Below are positions 23,924-34,447 of a stretch of DNA of 51,479 nt, in pieces. This DNA comes from Candidatus Omnitrophota bacterium (lineage in GTDB: Bacteria; Omnitrophota; Gorgyraeia; Gygaellales; Profunditerraquicolaceae). Numbering within the stretch: the stretch's first letter is position 1; every line of letters starts with the position of its first letter. Where the stretch lies: the NCBI GenBank assembly GCA_025453445.1, contig JALOQJ010000004.1:1-51479 (forward strand). The letters are read 5' to 3'. Below the pieces are notes generated by a model that saw only the letters and a list, made by a program, of their open reading frames with translations, ran no database searches and had not been told where the DNA came from. The position numbers and the translations under genes are program-made.

Positions 23924-25258
23924 ATGGCGGATATAATCCTTGAGAAGCTTCAGCCGCAGAATTTAGAAGCTGAAATGGCGGTATTAGGTTCCATGCTGGT
24001 GGATGAAGAGGCCATTTCCGTCGCTGCCGAAAGGCTGGATAAAGACGCTTTTTATAAGGATACTCACAGGAAGATATTTGATGCCATATTAGATCTTTTT
24101 AACGCCAATAAAGCAGTTGATCTGATTACTCTTGCCGACGAATTAAAAAGAAGAAGCCTCCTTGAAGAAACAGGAGGCGTAAGTTTTTTAACCAACCTTG
24201 CCAATTCTGTTCCTACCTCGGCCAATATCGGCCATTATGTTACAATCGTCAAAGAAAAAAGTATTTTAAGGACCTTGATCAATAGTGCCACGCGGATAGT
24301 TTCATCCTGTTATGAAAGCGACGGCAATATTGATGAAGTAGTAGATCAGGCAGAGCGCCTGGTTTTTGAAGTCAGCGATAGGAAACAGCACGGGACTTAT
24401 CTGCACCTTAAAGAAATCATCAAAGACAGCATTGAAACTATAGACAAGCTTTATCAGAAAAAAGAACATGTTACGGGTGTGCCGAGCGGCTTTATAGATT
24501 TTGATTTGAAGACCGCCGGTTTACAGCCTTCAGATCTGGTTATTATTGCCGGCAGGCCTTCAATGGGTAAAAGTGCTTTTGCCTTAAGTATTGCCGAATA
24601 TGCCGGTGTAGTAGAAAAAGTTCCTGTGGCACTTTTCAGCCTTGAAATGTCTAAAGAACAACTAGTGCAGAGAATGCTTTGTGCGCATGCAAAAGTCGAC
24701 GCGCATAAAGTTCGCACAGGGTATCTTGCAACATCAGATTGGCCGCGCCTGACTGCCGCAGCAGGAAAACTTTCCGAAGCACCGATTTTTATCGATGATA
24801 CTCCGGCAATTTCCGTAATGGAATTGCGAGCCAAGGCACGCCGCCTGAAAGCGCATCAAAATATTCAGCTGATTATCCTTGATTATATGCAGTTAATGCG
24901 CGGTACAGGCAGCCCGGAAAGCAGGCAGCAGGAAATCTCCGAAATTTCCCGGTCTCTGAAGGCACTGGCCCGTGAATTAAACGTTCCGGTGATTGCTATT
25001 AGTCAGCTTTCCCGCGCTGTGGAATCGCGTAACGACCATCGGCCGCAGCTTTCCGACTTGAGGGAGTCTGGCGCCATTGAGCAGGATGCAGATGTGGTTG
25101 TATTGATTTTAAGAGAAGAATATTATAATCCCACGCCTGATAATCAGGGTGTGGCTGAAATTATTATCGCCAAACAGCGTAACGGCCCGGTAGGGTCGCT
25201 AAGATTAGCATTTATTAAAGAATACACCCGTTTTGAAAATATAGCGCGAATAGAATAA
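23924..25258 (+). CDS. dnaB: Replicative DNA helicase
   Basis: PQNLEAEMAVLGSML at the N-terminus, Walker A GRPSMGKSAF, and ISQLSR / LSDLRESGAIEQDADVV motifs. Confidence 0.95.
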   Translation: MADIILEKLQPQNLEAEMAVLGSMLVDEEAISVAAERLDKDAFYKDTHRKIFDAILDLFNANKAVDLITLADELKRRSLLEETGGVSFLTNLANSVPTSANIGHYVTIVKEKSILRTLINSATRIVSSCYESDGNIDEVVDQAERLVFEVSDRKQHGTYLHLKEIIKDSIETIDKLYQKKEHVTGVPSGFIDFDLKTAGLQPSDLVIIAGRPSMGKSAFALSIAEYAGVVEKVPVALFSLEMSKEQLVQRMLCAHAKVDAHKVRTGYLATSDWPRLTAAAGKLSEAPIFIDDTPAISVMELRAKARRLKAHQNIQLIILDYMQLMRGTGSPESRQQEISEISRSLKALARELNVPVIAISQLSRAVESRNDHRPQLSDLRESGAIEQDADVVVLILREEYYNPTPDNQGVAEIIIAKQRNGPVGSLRLAFIKEYTRFENIARIE

Positions 25259-25275
25259 AAAAAAGGAGGTGTGTT

Positions 25276-25935
25276 ATGTACCGTAAAGGATTTACCCTTA
25301 TGGAGGTGCTTGTAACAGTAATCGTAATCGGCATCCTTTCAACTGTAGGTTATGTGAATTATGAGAATACCGTAGAAGATTCTAAAGCGAGGATAAGCCG
25401 GGCGAATATGGAGGCCCTAAATACTGCTCTGAATATCTATATCATGGAGAATGATCAGGTGCCCGGAGATTTAACCCGGATACCTCCTAAATACATCAGG
25501 GATGCCTATGCACAGGTTATAAAAGCTGAAGGCACCTGGAAAATGAAGTTAGCTTATTTTATTGTCGGGCTAAAGGAAGGGAATTTAGCTTATGCTTCCA
25601 GCGCCAAGGATTTTATGCTGAATAAATTAGCCAAAGGTGACATGCAATTAATTACCGATCCGGCAGATTCGACCCCCCCGGGTTCTTGTGCTACCTGTGT
25701 TTCTTATGGGTTGAACACATTAATAATAAATTTGAAAGCTGTGGATTATAATAAGCTCGATGATGTAGTTACCATTGGAGAATGTGATGTGCCGGTATTC
25801 TCGAATACATCCGAGCTTGCCGTTACGCGGCATACGAAACGTAACTTTATGTTACAAGCGAATAAATACGGGCAGGCCGTGACCAGGAAAGCCAGAATAG
25901 AGAAATTTAAACACGCAACCGGCTTGGATAATTAA
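25276..25935 (+). CDS. Type IV pilin / T2SS pseudopilin-like protein
   Basis: Prepilin motif RKGFTLMEVLVTVIVIGILS (G|F, E5). 219 aa. Confidence 0.7.
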   Translation: MYRKGFTLMEVLVTVIVIGILSTVGYVNYENTVEDSKARISRANMEALNTALNIYIMENDQVPGDLTRIPPKYIRDAYAQVIKAEGTWKMKLAYFIVGLKEGNLAYASSAKDFMLNKLAKGDMQLITDPADSTPPGSCATCVSYGLNTLIINLKAVDYNKLDDVVTIGECDVPVFSNTSELAVTRHTKRNFMLQANKYGQAVTRKARIEKFKHATGLDN

Positions 25936-25945
25936 TTTTATCACC

Positions 25946-28252
25946 TTGAAGAAAGCTCGTGATTTTTGGCAAATTTTATGCATCGGTTTCGGCAGTTTTT
26001 TAATTTCTTCTTTTTTTGTACGTTTTGCTTCGCCTGAATTCTTCGGCGTTAATGACCTTGCCAGTCGTTACGCCTATTCACTTTCCAAAAAAGCTGCTAA
26101 GCCGTTGAAAATTATCGGTATTGAAGTTGATACCGATTCTTTAACGCAGTTATCGCAGCGCTATCCTCTAAAAAGATCAGTCTATGCCCGGCTGCTAAAA
26201 GTTTTACAGCCGGAAGGCATAAATACCCTTGGGTTTGATTTTATCTTCGCCGGATCTTCGGAAAATCAGGAAGATGATTTGGCGTTAGAAGAAGCCTTAC
26301 GTGATGCATCATACAGGGTAGTTTTAGCTTATCTGATTAATCCTTCAACCGGTACTCCCGCCTTGCCTTTGCCTCAGTTGGAAAAATTAAGTTATGCCAC
26401 AGGGATGCTGAATACTCCTGAAGATAAAGATGGCTTAATCCGGCGCTTGCGCGGGTATGTAGTTTTGGATGAGAAGAGATATTATTCTTTTAGCGTTATG
26501 CTCAGTGCGGCCATACTGAACCAACAGCCGGAAAAAGTAATTTCCCGCCTCAGTTTACTCAAAAATAAAACATACTATATCAATTACCTGATTAAGCCAA
26601 CGGATATCATAAGAGTCAGCCTGTTTGAGGCGATATATAATCTCCCGGCTTTGAAAGAAAAATACGGTAGGGATTTTTTAAAAAACTCATTTGTTTTAGT
26701 TTATCCTCAGCCGGAAATTTCCCATGATATCTATCCTACTCCGTTAGGCAGGATACCCGGAGGCCTGCTGCATATCAACGGCGTCAATACAATTGTTTCC
26801 AACCGCCTGCTAAGGCAGGTAGATAATTTATCAATTTTCTTTCTTCTGGCAACCTTTCTTGTTTTGTACTACATCCTTAAATACGCAGGTTTCCTGAACG
26901 GCTGCCTTTTTATCGCCGGGCATATGATTATAGTTTTTTGGTCAGGCGTATTATTACTTTTGGCAGGGATGAGATTTGACTCAGGCAGGGTGATTGTTTT
27001 TGCGCTAATATTCTTTACCTTAGGTAGTTTGTATAAATACCTGGATTTTCTTGCCCAACTGTTTAAGATCAGGGTGAAAGCCACTATGGACCCTTTAAGG
27101 AATATTTTTACCTTAAGGTATTTCTACGGCCGGCTTGAGCTGGAAACAAAGAAAATTTATTTTTACCGCGAGCCATTCGTGGTTTTACTTTATTTTAAGC
27201 CTTTGGCTGCTGCAGTAGAAAATATGGATTTTCAGAAATTGAAAGAATTATGGCTTGCAATAAATAAAAGCATCAATTTAAAAGGAAGTTTATGGGCGGG
27301 TTATTCTGCGGAAGAAGTTGCAGGGTGTGTAATTACCTCTCCTAAAAAAATCGACAAGCTCTGTCGTATTTTAACGGATAATTTAAATGCTGAATTTTCC
27401 CGGCGTGGGATTAAGCTAGAAGTAAAATTGGCCTGTCTGAAATTCAGGAAAGGTTACCCTGTTCGAGAATTACTGTTTGTGCTTTCCGCAGAATTAAAAA
27501 AAGCTCAAGTAAATGATCTTATATTTTTTAAAGAGCATGAGTTGGATTATCTCCTTCATACATCTTATCCTGGGATAAAAGAGAGTCAGGAGGCATTGGG
27601 CGGCATCAGCGAAGATATTGAAGAGAAAAATCGTCAGCTTTTACTGCTTATCGATAATTTGAACAAAGAACACGCCCGCACTAAGGAAGCATTCTTGGAA
27701 ACTATTGCTTCTCTGGCCAAGGCTTTGGAGGCGCGCGATCCATATACTGAGGGCCATTCGGAAAGGGTGGCACGTTATGCTGTAATGCTGGCGGATGAAT
27801 TAGGCTGGTCGCCGGAATTAAAAGAAAAGCTAGCCAAAGCAGCGCTTTTGCATGACTTGGGGAAAATCGGCATCCCGGATAATATATTGCATAAAAAAGA
27901 GAAGCTCACGGAGGAAGAATATAATTCTATAAAAAAGCACGGGTTGATTTCCGCAAAGATCCTCGAGCCGCTAAAAGACGTCAGGGATATCCTACCGTGG
28001 ATTGCCGGCCATCATGAAAAATGGGACGGTTCAGGCTATCCCCAGGGCCTTGCAGGCAGTAATATTTCTCTGGGTGCCCAGATTATTGCTTTAGCAGATT
28101 CATTTGATGCGATTACTACCGGAAGGGATTATAAAAAAGCCTTTTCTATCGAGGATGCGATTAGAGAGATAACTAATGGCCGCGGCAGCCAGTTTAATCC
28201 GCAGCTAGCCGATATATTTATAAAAATAATTTGCAAATTACCGCACCTGTGA
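25946..28252 (+). CDS. CHASE2 sensor - transmembrane - HD-GYP c-di-GMP phosphodiesterase
   Basis: The N-terminal region is CHASE2-like (IIGIEVDTDSL...YPLKRSVYARLL..L...GINTLGFDFIF). Several TM helices follow. The C-terminal motifs are HSERVA...HDLGKIGIP...HHEKWDGSGYPQGL (HD-GYP). TTG start. Confidence 0.8.
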   Translation: MKKARDFWQILCIGFGSFLISSFFVRFASPEFFGVNDLASRYAYSLSKKAAKPLKIIGIEVDTDSLTQLSQRYPLKRSVYARLLKVLQPEGINTLGFDFIFAGSSENQEDDLALEEALRDASYRVVLAYLINPSTGTPALPLPQLEKLSYATGMLNTPEDKDGLIRRLRGYVVLDEKRYYSFSVMLSAAILNQQPEKVISRLSLLKNKTYYINYLIKPTDIIRVSLFEAIYNLPALKEKYGRDFLKNSFVLVYPQPEISHDIYPTPLGRIPGGLLHINGVNTIVSNRLLRQVDNLSIFFLLATFLVLYYILKYAGFLNGCLFIAGHMIIVFWSGVLLLLAGMRFDSGRVIVFALIFFTLGSLYKYLDFLAQLFKIRVKATMDPLRNIFTLRYFYGRLELETKKIYFYREPFVVLLYFKPLAAAVENMDFQKLKELWLAINKSINLKGSLWAGYSAEEVAGCVITSPKKIDKLCRILTDNLNAEFSRRGIKLEVKLACLKFRKGYPVRELLFVLSAELKKAQVNDLIFFKEHELDYLLHTSYPGIKESQEALGGISEDIEEKNRQLLLLIDNLNKEHARTKEAFLETIASLAKALEARDPYTEGHSERVARYAVMLADELGWSPELKEKLAKAALLHDLGKIGIPDNILHKKEKLTEEEYNSIKKHGLISAKILEPLKDVRDILPWIAGHHEKWDGSGYPQGLAGSNISLGAQIIALADSFDAITTGRDYKKAFSIEDAIREITNGRGSQFNPQLADIFIKIICKLPHL

Positions 28253-28288
28253 TATACTAATAAAATAAATTCACCTTCTACTATAAAT

Positions 28289-30661
28289 ATGCCCAAACGG
28301 ATATTCTTAGTTCTCCTAACTCTTTCTTTATTAGCCGGAAGTGTAGGTATTTCAATCGCACTCGCTCAGGAACAGGCTGAAAGTCAGCAGGTTTCTCAAG
28401 GATCAGCCCCTGCCTTTGTGCCCGCTCCGTTAAAGTTAGTTACTGCCATAGAAGTTAAAGGCAATAAGGCGATCAGTACCAATGTAGTTATTTCCAAAAT
28501 GAAAACTAAAGTCGGCTCGCCTTATCAGGAAAATATCGCCAGCGATGACCTGAAGCGGCTGTATCTTTTGGGTTTCTTCAGTGATATTAAAATTGATACC
28601 GAGGACTATAATGATGGCGTAAAAATAATCGTTACGGTGAAAGAACGCCCGATAATCGACAAAATTACATTTTCCGGCATAGTCCATTTAACTGTCTCCG
28701 AGATAAAAATTAAAGAGGCGTTAAAATCAAAAGAAGGCCAGTATCTTGATTATCCTAATCTGGCGGAAGACATCCGTATCATCAAAAAGATGTATGAGAA
28801 AATAGGCTTTAGCGCTGTACAGATAGATCATGCTGTTGATGTGGATAATGATACTCAGCGCGCTAAGGTTCAGTTTAATATTATTGAAGGCAAGAAGGTG
28901 CGGGTTAAAAATATTTTTATTGAAGGCAATACTATTTTTTCCGACCAGAAAATACTCAGGCTGATGAAGACCAAAGAGGCCTGGTTCTTTAACGCAGGTG
29001 TTTTGAAGGAAGATGTTTTGGCTGAGGATATCGAGCGTATAAAATCGTTTTACAAAAAAGAAGGCTTTATTGACGTTACCGCGGAATCACAGGTTAAGCC
29101 GCAGGCGTTGAAGCCGTTTTTACTGGATATTACGATTAAAATTAAAGAAGGCAAGCGTTATCTCGTAGGTAATGTAACTATAAACGGCACTAAAGACATT
29201 ACCCAGAAAGAAGTTCTCTCGAAATTGAAAGATTGTATTCCGGGCAAGGTATTCAGCCAGGAGGCCTTAAAGAAGGATATTATGAACATCCAGGGGCTGT
29301 ATTTTGACCGGGGCTATATTTCAGTCCAGGTTCAGGAAGCTACTTCACTGAATACTTATACCGGCCGTATTGATGTTGTTTATAATATTGCCGAAAATCA
29401 GATAACATATGTTGATAAGATTAAGGTAAGAGGCAATGTAAAAACCAAAGATATGGTTATCCGCAGGGAATTGAGGATCAGGCCGGGCGATCGTTTTGAC
29501 GGCGAAAAGCTTAAGCGTAGCAAAGAAAGGCTGCAGAATTTAGGTTTCTTTGAGGAAGTCAGCTATGATACCGAAGAGGGGTCAGCTCCCGATAAGAAAA
29601 ATTTATTGGTAGATGTCAAGGAGTCTAAGACTGGAGCATTTAGTTTTGGCGGCGGCTACAGTACTGTTGATCAGTTTGTCGGTTTTGTAGAAGTTGAACA
29701 GAAAAATTTTGACTGGAAGAATTGGCCGTATTTTACCGGCGGCGGGCAAAATCTTAAACTACGTACTTCTTTCGGGACAAGCACCGGAGGGATTGATTTT
29801 AATTTTACCGAGCCTTGGCTTTTTGATTATCCAATTTCTTTGGGCATCGATGCTTATAAGACTACTCACGACAAGGATTCAGATTCCGGCTATGGTTATA
29901 AAGAGAAGATTCTTGGAGGGGATGTGTCTTTGGGTAAAGAACTTACAGAATATATCAAAGCAGATATAACCTATCGTTGGAATCAAATAAAAATCAGCGA
30001 TGTTGATACAACTGCAACCAGTGCTTTATTGAATGAAGTCGGCACTAATGTTGTTAGCAGCACTACTTTTTCTGCCTCTTTTGATAACAGGGACAGTGTT
30101 TTTGATACTACAAAAGGTAACTTTTTGACGGGCAGTATTGAATGCGCAGGCGGGCCTTTTGGCGGAGATAAAAATTATGCGAAATTTAATAGCAGGGTTT
30201 CGCACTATGTCCCGCTGTGGAATGCTTCAGCTTTGGAATTCAGGGGGCGCGTAGGCGTGGTTAACCAGTATGGTGATTCTAACGAGGTTCCGATATATGA
30301 ACGTTTTTTTGCCGGAGGTGCCAGTACTATCCGTGGTTATAACGAAAGGAAAATCGGGCCTATTGATCCGATTACCAAAGACGCCCTGGGAGGTAATTCT
30401 ATGATGATTGGTAATATAGAATACCTTTATCCGGTCTTAAGTTTTGCCAAGGCAGCGGTTTTTTATGATGTCGGTAATGTTTGGGAGAAAGTCGATAAAA
30501 TTGGTTCAGGCGGATTCAAATCAGGCGTGGGCTTTGGCGTGAGGTTAAAGACTCCTATCGGCCCGATTATGCTTGATTACGGCATCCCTTTAAATAAAGA
30601 ACCCGGCGAAGATAGTAAAGGTGGCGGCCGGTTCCATTTCAATGTAAGCCACGGGTTTTAA
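28289..30661 (+). CDS. bamA: Outer membrane protein assembly factor BamA
   Basis: Signal peptide, POTRA repeats, an Omp85 barrel with the RGY..(FFAGGASTIRGY) motif, and a terminal aromatic residue (HGF). Confidence 0.9.
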   Translation: MPKRIFLVLLTLSLLAGSVGISIALAQEQAESQQVSQGSAPAFVPAPLKLVTAIEVKGNKAISTNVVISKMKTKVGSPYQENIASDDLKRLYLLGFFSDIKIDTEDYNDGVKIIVTVKERPIIDKITFSGIVHLTVSEIKIKEALKSKEGQYLDYPNLAEDIRIIKKMYEKIGFSAVQIDHAVDVDNDTQRAKVQFNIIEGKKVRVKNIFIEGNTIFSDQKILRLMKTKEAWFFNAGVLKEDVLAEDIERIKSFYKKEGFIDVTAESQVKPQALKPFLLDITIKIKEGKRYLVGNVTINGTKDITQKEVLSKLKDCIPGKVFSQEALKKDIMNIQGLYFDRGYISVQVQEATSLNTYTGRIDVVYNIAENQITYVDKIKVRGNVKTKDMVIRRELRIRPGDRFDGEKLKRSKERLQNLGFFEEVSYDTEEGSAPDKKNLLVDVKESKTGAFSFGGGYSTVDQFVGFVEVEQKNFDWKNWPYFTGGGQNLKLRTSFGTSTGGIDFNFTEPWLFDYPISLGIDAYKTTHDKDSDSGYGYKEKILGGDVSLGKELTEYIKADITYRWNQIKISDVDTTATSALLNEVGTNVVSSTTFSASFDNRDSVFDTTKGNFLTGSIECAGGPFGGDKNYAKFNSRVSHYVPLWNASALEFRGRVGVVNQYGDSNEVPIYERFFAGGASTIRGYNERKIGPIDPITKDALGGNSMMIGNIEYLYPVLSFAKAAVFYDVGNVWEKVDKIGSGGFKSGVGFGVRLKTPIGPIMLDYGIPLNKEPGEDSKGGGRFHFNVSHGF

Positions 30662-30706
30662 ACCATTCCGTAACGGTTAAAAAAAACAAAAAGGAGAGGA
30701 GCGAAA

Positions 30707-31231
30707 ATGAAAAAGATATTGGTAGCTTTGGTAGTAATTTTAGGGGTCACATTTTTGGCAACAAGCGCGTTTGCTGTAGAAAAGTTCGGTTATGTCAGCA
30801 TTGAGCGCATCGGTGATGCTTATCAAAAAGCAAAAGATTATATGAAAACCCTGGAAGATAAAGAAGCAGGATACACGTCAGAAATCGATAAAAAAAGAAA
30901 TGATTTAAAGCAATTACAGGATAAAATTAATTTGTTAAGCGAAAAAGAAAAAGAAGCGAAAAATCCGGAATTAGAAACAAAAATCAAAAGCCTGCAGGAA
31001 TTTGTCCGGCAGAAACAGGCTGATTTACGTAAAGAACAAGTTGATAAAACCATTGAATTATCGAAAGATATAAAAGAAGCAATTAACAGATACGCCGAAA
31101 AAGAAAGTTTTACTTTGGTGTTTGACGCTGCTGCTTTGGCATATCAGCCTAAGGGCATGGATATTACTGATAAAATTATTGAAATTTTGAATAAAGGTTA
31201 TCCGGCTAAAGGTAGTGCTAAAGGTAAATAA
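30707..31231 (+). CDS. skp: OmpH/Skp periplasmic chaperone
   Basis: Signal peptide plus a coiled-coil Lys/Glu-rich body. It lies between bamA and lpxD. Confidence 0.85.
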   Translation: MKKILVALVVILGVTFLATSAFAVEKFGYVSIERIGDAYQKAKDYMKTLEDKEAGYTSEIDKKRNDLKQLQDKINLLSEKEKEAKNPELETKIKSLQEFVRQKQADLRKEQVDKTIELSKDIKEAINRYAEKESFTLVFDAAALAYQPKGMDITDKIIEILNKGYPAKGSAKGK

Positions 31232-31237
31232 GGTGTA

Positions 31238-32302
31238 ATGCAGAAGACTCTAAAAGAAATAGCCAAATTTATCGGCGGGGAAATTGTAGGCGATGCTGAT
31301 ATTGTGATTACCGGTATCTGCGGCATCAAAGAAGCGCAGAAAGGCGATATTACATTTTTAGCAAATCCTAAGTATCTCCCTTTTATAGATAAAACCGGCG
31401 CTTCGGCAATTATAACTTCGCGCCAAATCGAGCGCGCCTCTAAGCCGATTATCCGCACGGAAGATCCGTCGTTGGCATTTGCTAAAATAGTTTCTTTTAT
31501 CGCCCCAGAAGCAGAAGCAAAGCACCATACCGGTATACATCCGACGGCAATTTTAGGAAAAAATGTTTCTCTTGGTAAGGATGTGGCTATCGGCCCTTAT
31601 GCGGTGGTAGGGGATTATGCGATAATCGGGGATAATAGCATAATTTATTCCGGTTGTTTTATAGGCCACCATGTTAAGATAGGCAACAATGGATTATTTT
31701 ATTCGAATGTCTCTATCCGGGAAAATGTTACTATAGGAGACCGGGTAATAATCCATAGCGGCACAGTAATTGGCTCGGACGGGTTTGGTTTTGTTACTGT
31801 CAAGAGTAAACACCACAAAATACCGCAGTTGGGTACGGTAATTATCGAAGATGATGTAGAAATCGGCTCTAATGTCAGTATTGACCGGGCGCGTTTTGAC
31901 AAGACTTTGATTTGCCGCGGCACAAAAATAGATAACCTTGTGCACATTGCGCATAATGTAATTGTGGGAGAAAATTCTATCATTGTTGCTCAGGCAGGCA
32001 TATCCGGCAGCACGATTATCGGCCGGGGAGCTACTTTAGCAGGGCAGGCAGGGCTTGTTGGCCATATTAGTGTAGGCGACAATGCGGTTATAGCTGCTCA
32101 GGCAGGAGTTACTAAATCAGTCCCGGCCAATACTATGGTGTCGGGTTATCCGGCGCGCGAGCACAGCAAGGCATTAAAAATAAATGCCTGTGTGCAGAAT
32201 CTGCCTAAATTATATGAATCTGTCACTAAATTAAAAAAGAAAATAGAAGAATTAGAAACGCGGATGAACGCGGATAATAAATCCGCGGATAGCTGCGGAT
32301 AA
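31238..32302 (+). CDS. lpxD: UDP-3-O-acylglucosamine N-acyltransferase
   Basis: LKEIAKFIGGEIVGD at the N-terminus and hexapeptide repeats containing IAHNV. The last ~14 codons are encoded by a CGCGGAT repeat cluster. Confidence 0.9.
   Translation: MQKTLKEIAKFIGGEIVGDADIVITGICGIKEAQKGDITFLANPKYLPFIDKTGASAIITSRQIERASKPIIRTEDPSLAFAKIVSFIAPEAEAKHHTGIHPTAILGKNVSLGKDVAIGPYAVVGDYAIIGDNSIIYSGCFIGHHVKIGNNGLFYSNVSIRENVTIGDRVIIHSGTVIGSDGFGFVTVKSKHHKIPQLGTVIIEDDVEIGSNVSIDRARFDKTLICRGTKIDNLVHIAHNVIVGENSIIVAQAGISGSTIIGRGATLAGQAGLVGHISVGDNAVIAAQAGVTKSVPANTMVSGYPAREHSKALKINACVQNLPKLYESVTKLKKKIEELETRMNADNKSADSCG
32259..32300 (+). repeat. Cluster of four (C/T)GCGGAT heptamers including a CGCGGAT-aataa-ATCCGCG hairpin
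   Basis: Copies lie at 32259-32265, 32269-32275, 32284-32290 and 32294-32300. The palindrome arms are 32269-32275 and 32281-32287. The cluster forms the 3' end of lpxD. Confidence 0.75.
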
Positions 32303-32324
32303 GGACACGCAAAAATTTACGAAT

Positions 32325-33650
32325 ATGGAAAAGCAGCGCACAATCGAAAAAGAAATCAGCCTGAAAGGAATTGGTTTGCATACGGCAGGCAATGTGAATA
32401 TCGTTTTTAAGCCGGCTGCTGTAGACACAGGAATAAATTTTATCCGTACTGACCTGGCAACCCATCCGCTAATCAGGGCTTCAATTGACAATGCTATTTC
32501 GCAGCCTGCCAGCAGCCCGCGCAGGACTTCAATTGGAAGCGAAGGCGGCCGAGTATGTACAATCGAGCATTTAATGTCGGCATTACTCGGCTTAGGGATA
32601 GATAACCTTATTATCGAAATTGATAATGAGGAAGTCCCGGGCTTAGACGGCAGCAGTTTAAGTTTTGTTGAAGCATTGGCTAAAACAGGGATTAAAGAGC
32701 AGGAAAAAGAAAAAAGAATTTATGCTATTAAGGATCCTATTATTGTAGAAGAAGACGGTTGTTCTTTGATAGCCCTGCCTTCTGCTGATTTTAAGGTTTC
32801 TTATACCCTGCAATATAATCATGCCTTTCTGAAATCTGATTTTTTAGAATTAGGCCTTAATGCCGATGCTTTTAAGAATGAAATCGCACCAGCGCGGACA
32901 TTCTGCCTGGAAGAGGAAGCCGGAGAATTACAGAAGCATGGCGTGGGCCTAGGCGCTAATTATGATAATACACTTGTCGTCGGGAAACAGGGTGTTATAA
33001 AAAATAAAATGCGTTTTGAAAATGAATTTGTCCGCCACAAAATACTGGATTTACTGGGGGATCTTTATCTTGTAGGGTATCCGTTAAAGGCTCATATCAT
33101 TGCGATTAAAAGTGGCCATTCCTTGAATTTAAAACTTGTCAAAAAAATTGAGCAGCAGAGGTTAAGGTTTGCATTGGGTGGAATCGGCATAAATTACCAT
33201 CCTGCGGAATCCGAGGTATTGGAAGCAGAATCAATTATGAAGATATTGCCGCATCGCGATCCGTTTTTATTCGTAGACAGGATTACTCATCTTGAACGCG
33301 GCAAGCGCGCCATTGGTATTAAAAATGTCACGATTAATGATTATTTTTTTAAAGGGCATTTTCCTGGTAAGCCGGTAATGCCGGGTGTTTTAATGCTGGA
33401 AGCAATGGCACAGGTCGGAGGGATTATGATGCTATCTCCGGAAGAAAACCGTGGCAAGTTGGCGTTTTTCTTAACGATAAATAATGTTAAATTCAGAAAA
33501 ACAGTTGTTCCTGGAGACCAATTGGTTTTTGAAGTTGTCGCCGGAAAAATTAAATCAAAAACAGGGCAAGTCCATGGTCAGGCCACAGTTGACGGCAAGG
33601 TTGTGGTGGAAGCTGATTTTATGTTTGCCTTGGACGATGCGCAAAGATGA
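32325..33650 (+). CDS. lpxC/fabZ: Bifunctional UDP-3-O-acyl-GlcNAc deacetylase / 3-hydroxyacyl-ACP dehydratase
   Basis: The N-terminal LpxC part has GIGLHTAG and HKILDLLGDL. The C-terminal FabZ hotdog part has LPHRDPFLFVDRI and FFKGHFPGKPVMPGVL. Confidence 0.9.
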   Translation: MEKQRTIEKEISLKGIGLHTAGNVNIVFKPAAVDTGINFIRTDLATHPLIRASIDNAISQPASSPRRTSIGSEGGRVCTIEHLMSALLGLGIDNLIIEIDNEEVPGLDGSSLSFVEALAKTGIKEQEKEKRIYAIKDPIIVEEDGCSLIALPSADFKVSYTLQYNHAFLKSDFLELGLNADAFKNEIAPARTFCLEEEAGELQKHGVGLGANYDNTLVVGKQGVIKNKMRFENEFVRHKILDLLGDLYLVGYPLKAHIIAIKSGHSLNLKLVKKIEQQRLRFALGGIGINYHPAESEVLEAESIMKILPHRDPFLFVDRITHLERGKRAIGIKNVTINDYFFKGHFPGKPVMPGVLMLEAMAQVGGIMMLSPEENRGKLAFFLTINNVKFRKTVVPGDQLVFEVVAGKIKSKTGQVHGQATVDGKVVVEADFMFALDDAQR

Positions 33651-34438
33651 TGATAGACAAAACAGCAATCATATCCAGTAAAGCAAAATTATCCTCTGGA
33701 ATCAGCATTGGGGCGTATACTGTTATTGCTGATAATGTAACGATAGGCGCAGGCAGCAAAATCGGCAGCCATTGTGTGATTGACGGAAATACCGTAATCG
33801 GAAAAAATTGCGAATTTTTTACCGGCGCAGTAATCGGCAGCCCGCCGCAGGATCTAAAATATAAAGGCGAGAATAATTCTCTGGAAATCGGAGATAATAA
33901 TATTATTCGGGAATACTGCACTTTTAATCCCGGCACAGGTGACGGCGGCAGGACTATTGTTGGGAATAATAACCTTTTTATGGCTTATTCCCATGTTGCG
34001 CATGACTGTCGTGTAGGCAATAACTGCATTATTGCCAATAACGGAACATTAGCAGGGCATGTTACTATTGAGGATAAAGCAGTGGTAGGGGGGTTAGTTG
34101 CTATACATCAATTTGTTACTGTAGGAATGCTTTCGATTATCGGTGGTTGTTCAAAAGTAGTACAGGATATCCCTCCGTATTCTACCTGTGATGGCCACCC
34201 TGCGCGTGTTTACGGCCTGAACCTGATTGGTTTAAGGCGGCATGGGGTGAGCAAGGAATCAATCCATCAACTCAGCCATGTTTTTAAAATCTGTTTTAAC
34301 TCAGGGCTTTCTGCGAAGCATGCCTTGAAAGAACTGGAAAAAGAGCCGGCGCTGTGTAAAGAAGTACAATATCTTGTTGAGTTTATTAAAAAATCTTCAC
34401 GCGGTATCAGCCATTCCTGCCGAACAACGAAAGACTAA
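33647..34438 (+). CDS. lpxA: Acyl-ACP--UDP-GlcNAc O-acyltransferase
   Basis: Hexapeptide repeats with SHVAHDC.VGN, and C-terminal GLNLIGLRR.G. Confidence 0.9.
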   Translation: MMIDKTAIISSKAKLSSGISIGAYTVIADNVTIGAGSKIGSHCVIDGNTVIGKNCEFFTGAVIGSPPQDLKYKGENNSLEIGDNNIIREYCTFNPGTGDGGRTIVGNNNLFMAYSHVAHDCRVGNNCIIANNGTLAGHVTIEDKAVVGGLVAIHQFVTVGMLSIIGGCSKVVQDIPPYSTCDGHPARVYGLNLIGLRRHGVSKESIHQLSHVFKICFNSGLSAKHALKELEKEPALCKEVQYLVEFIKKSSRGISHSCRTTKD

Positions 34439-34447
34439 GATTAAATT

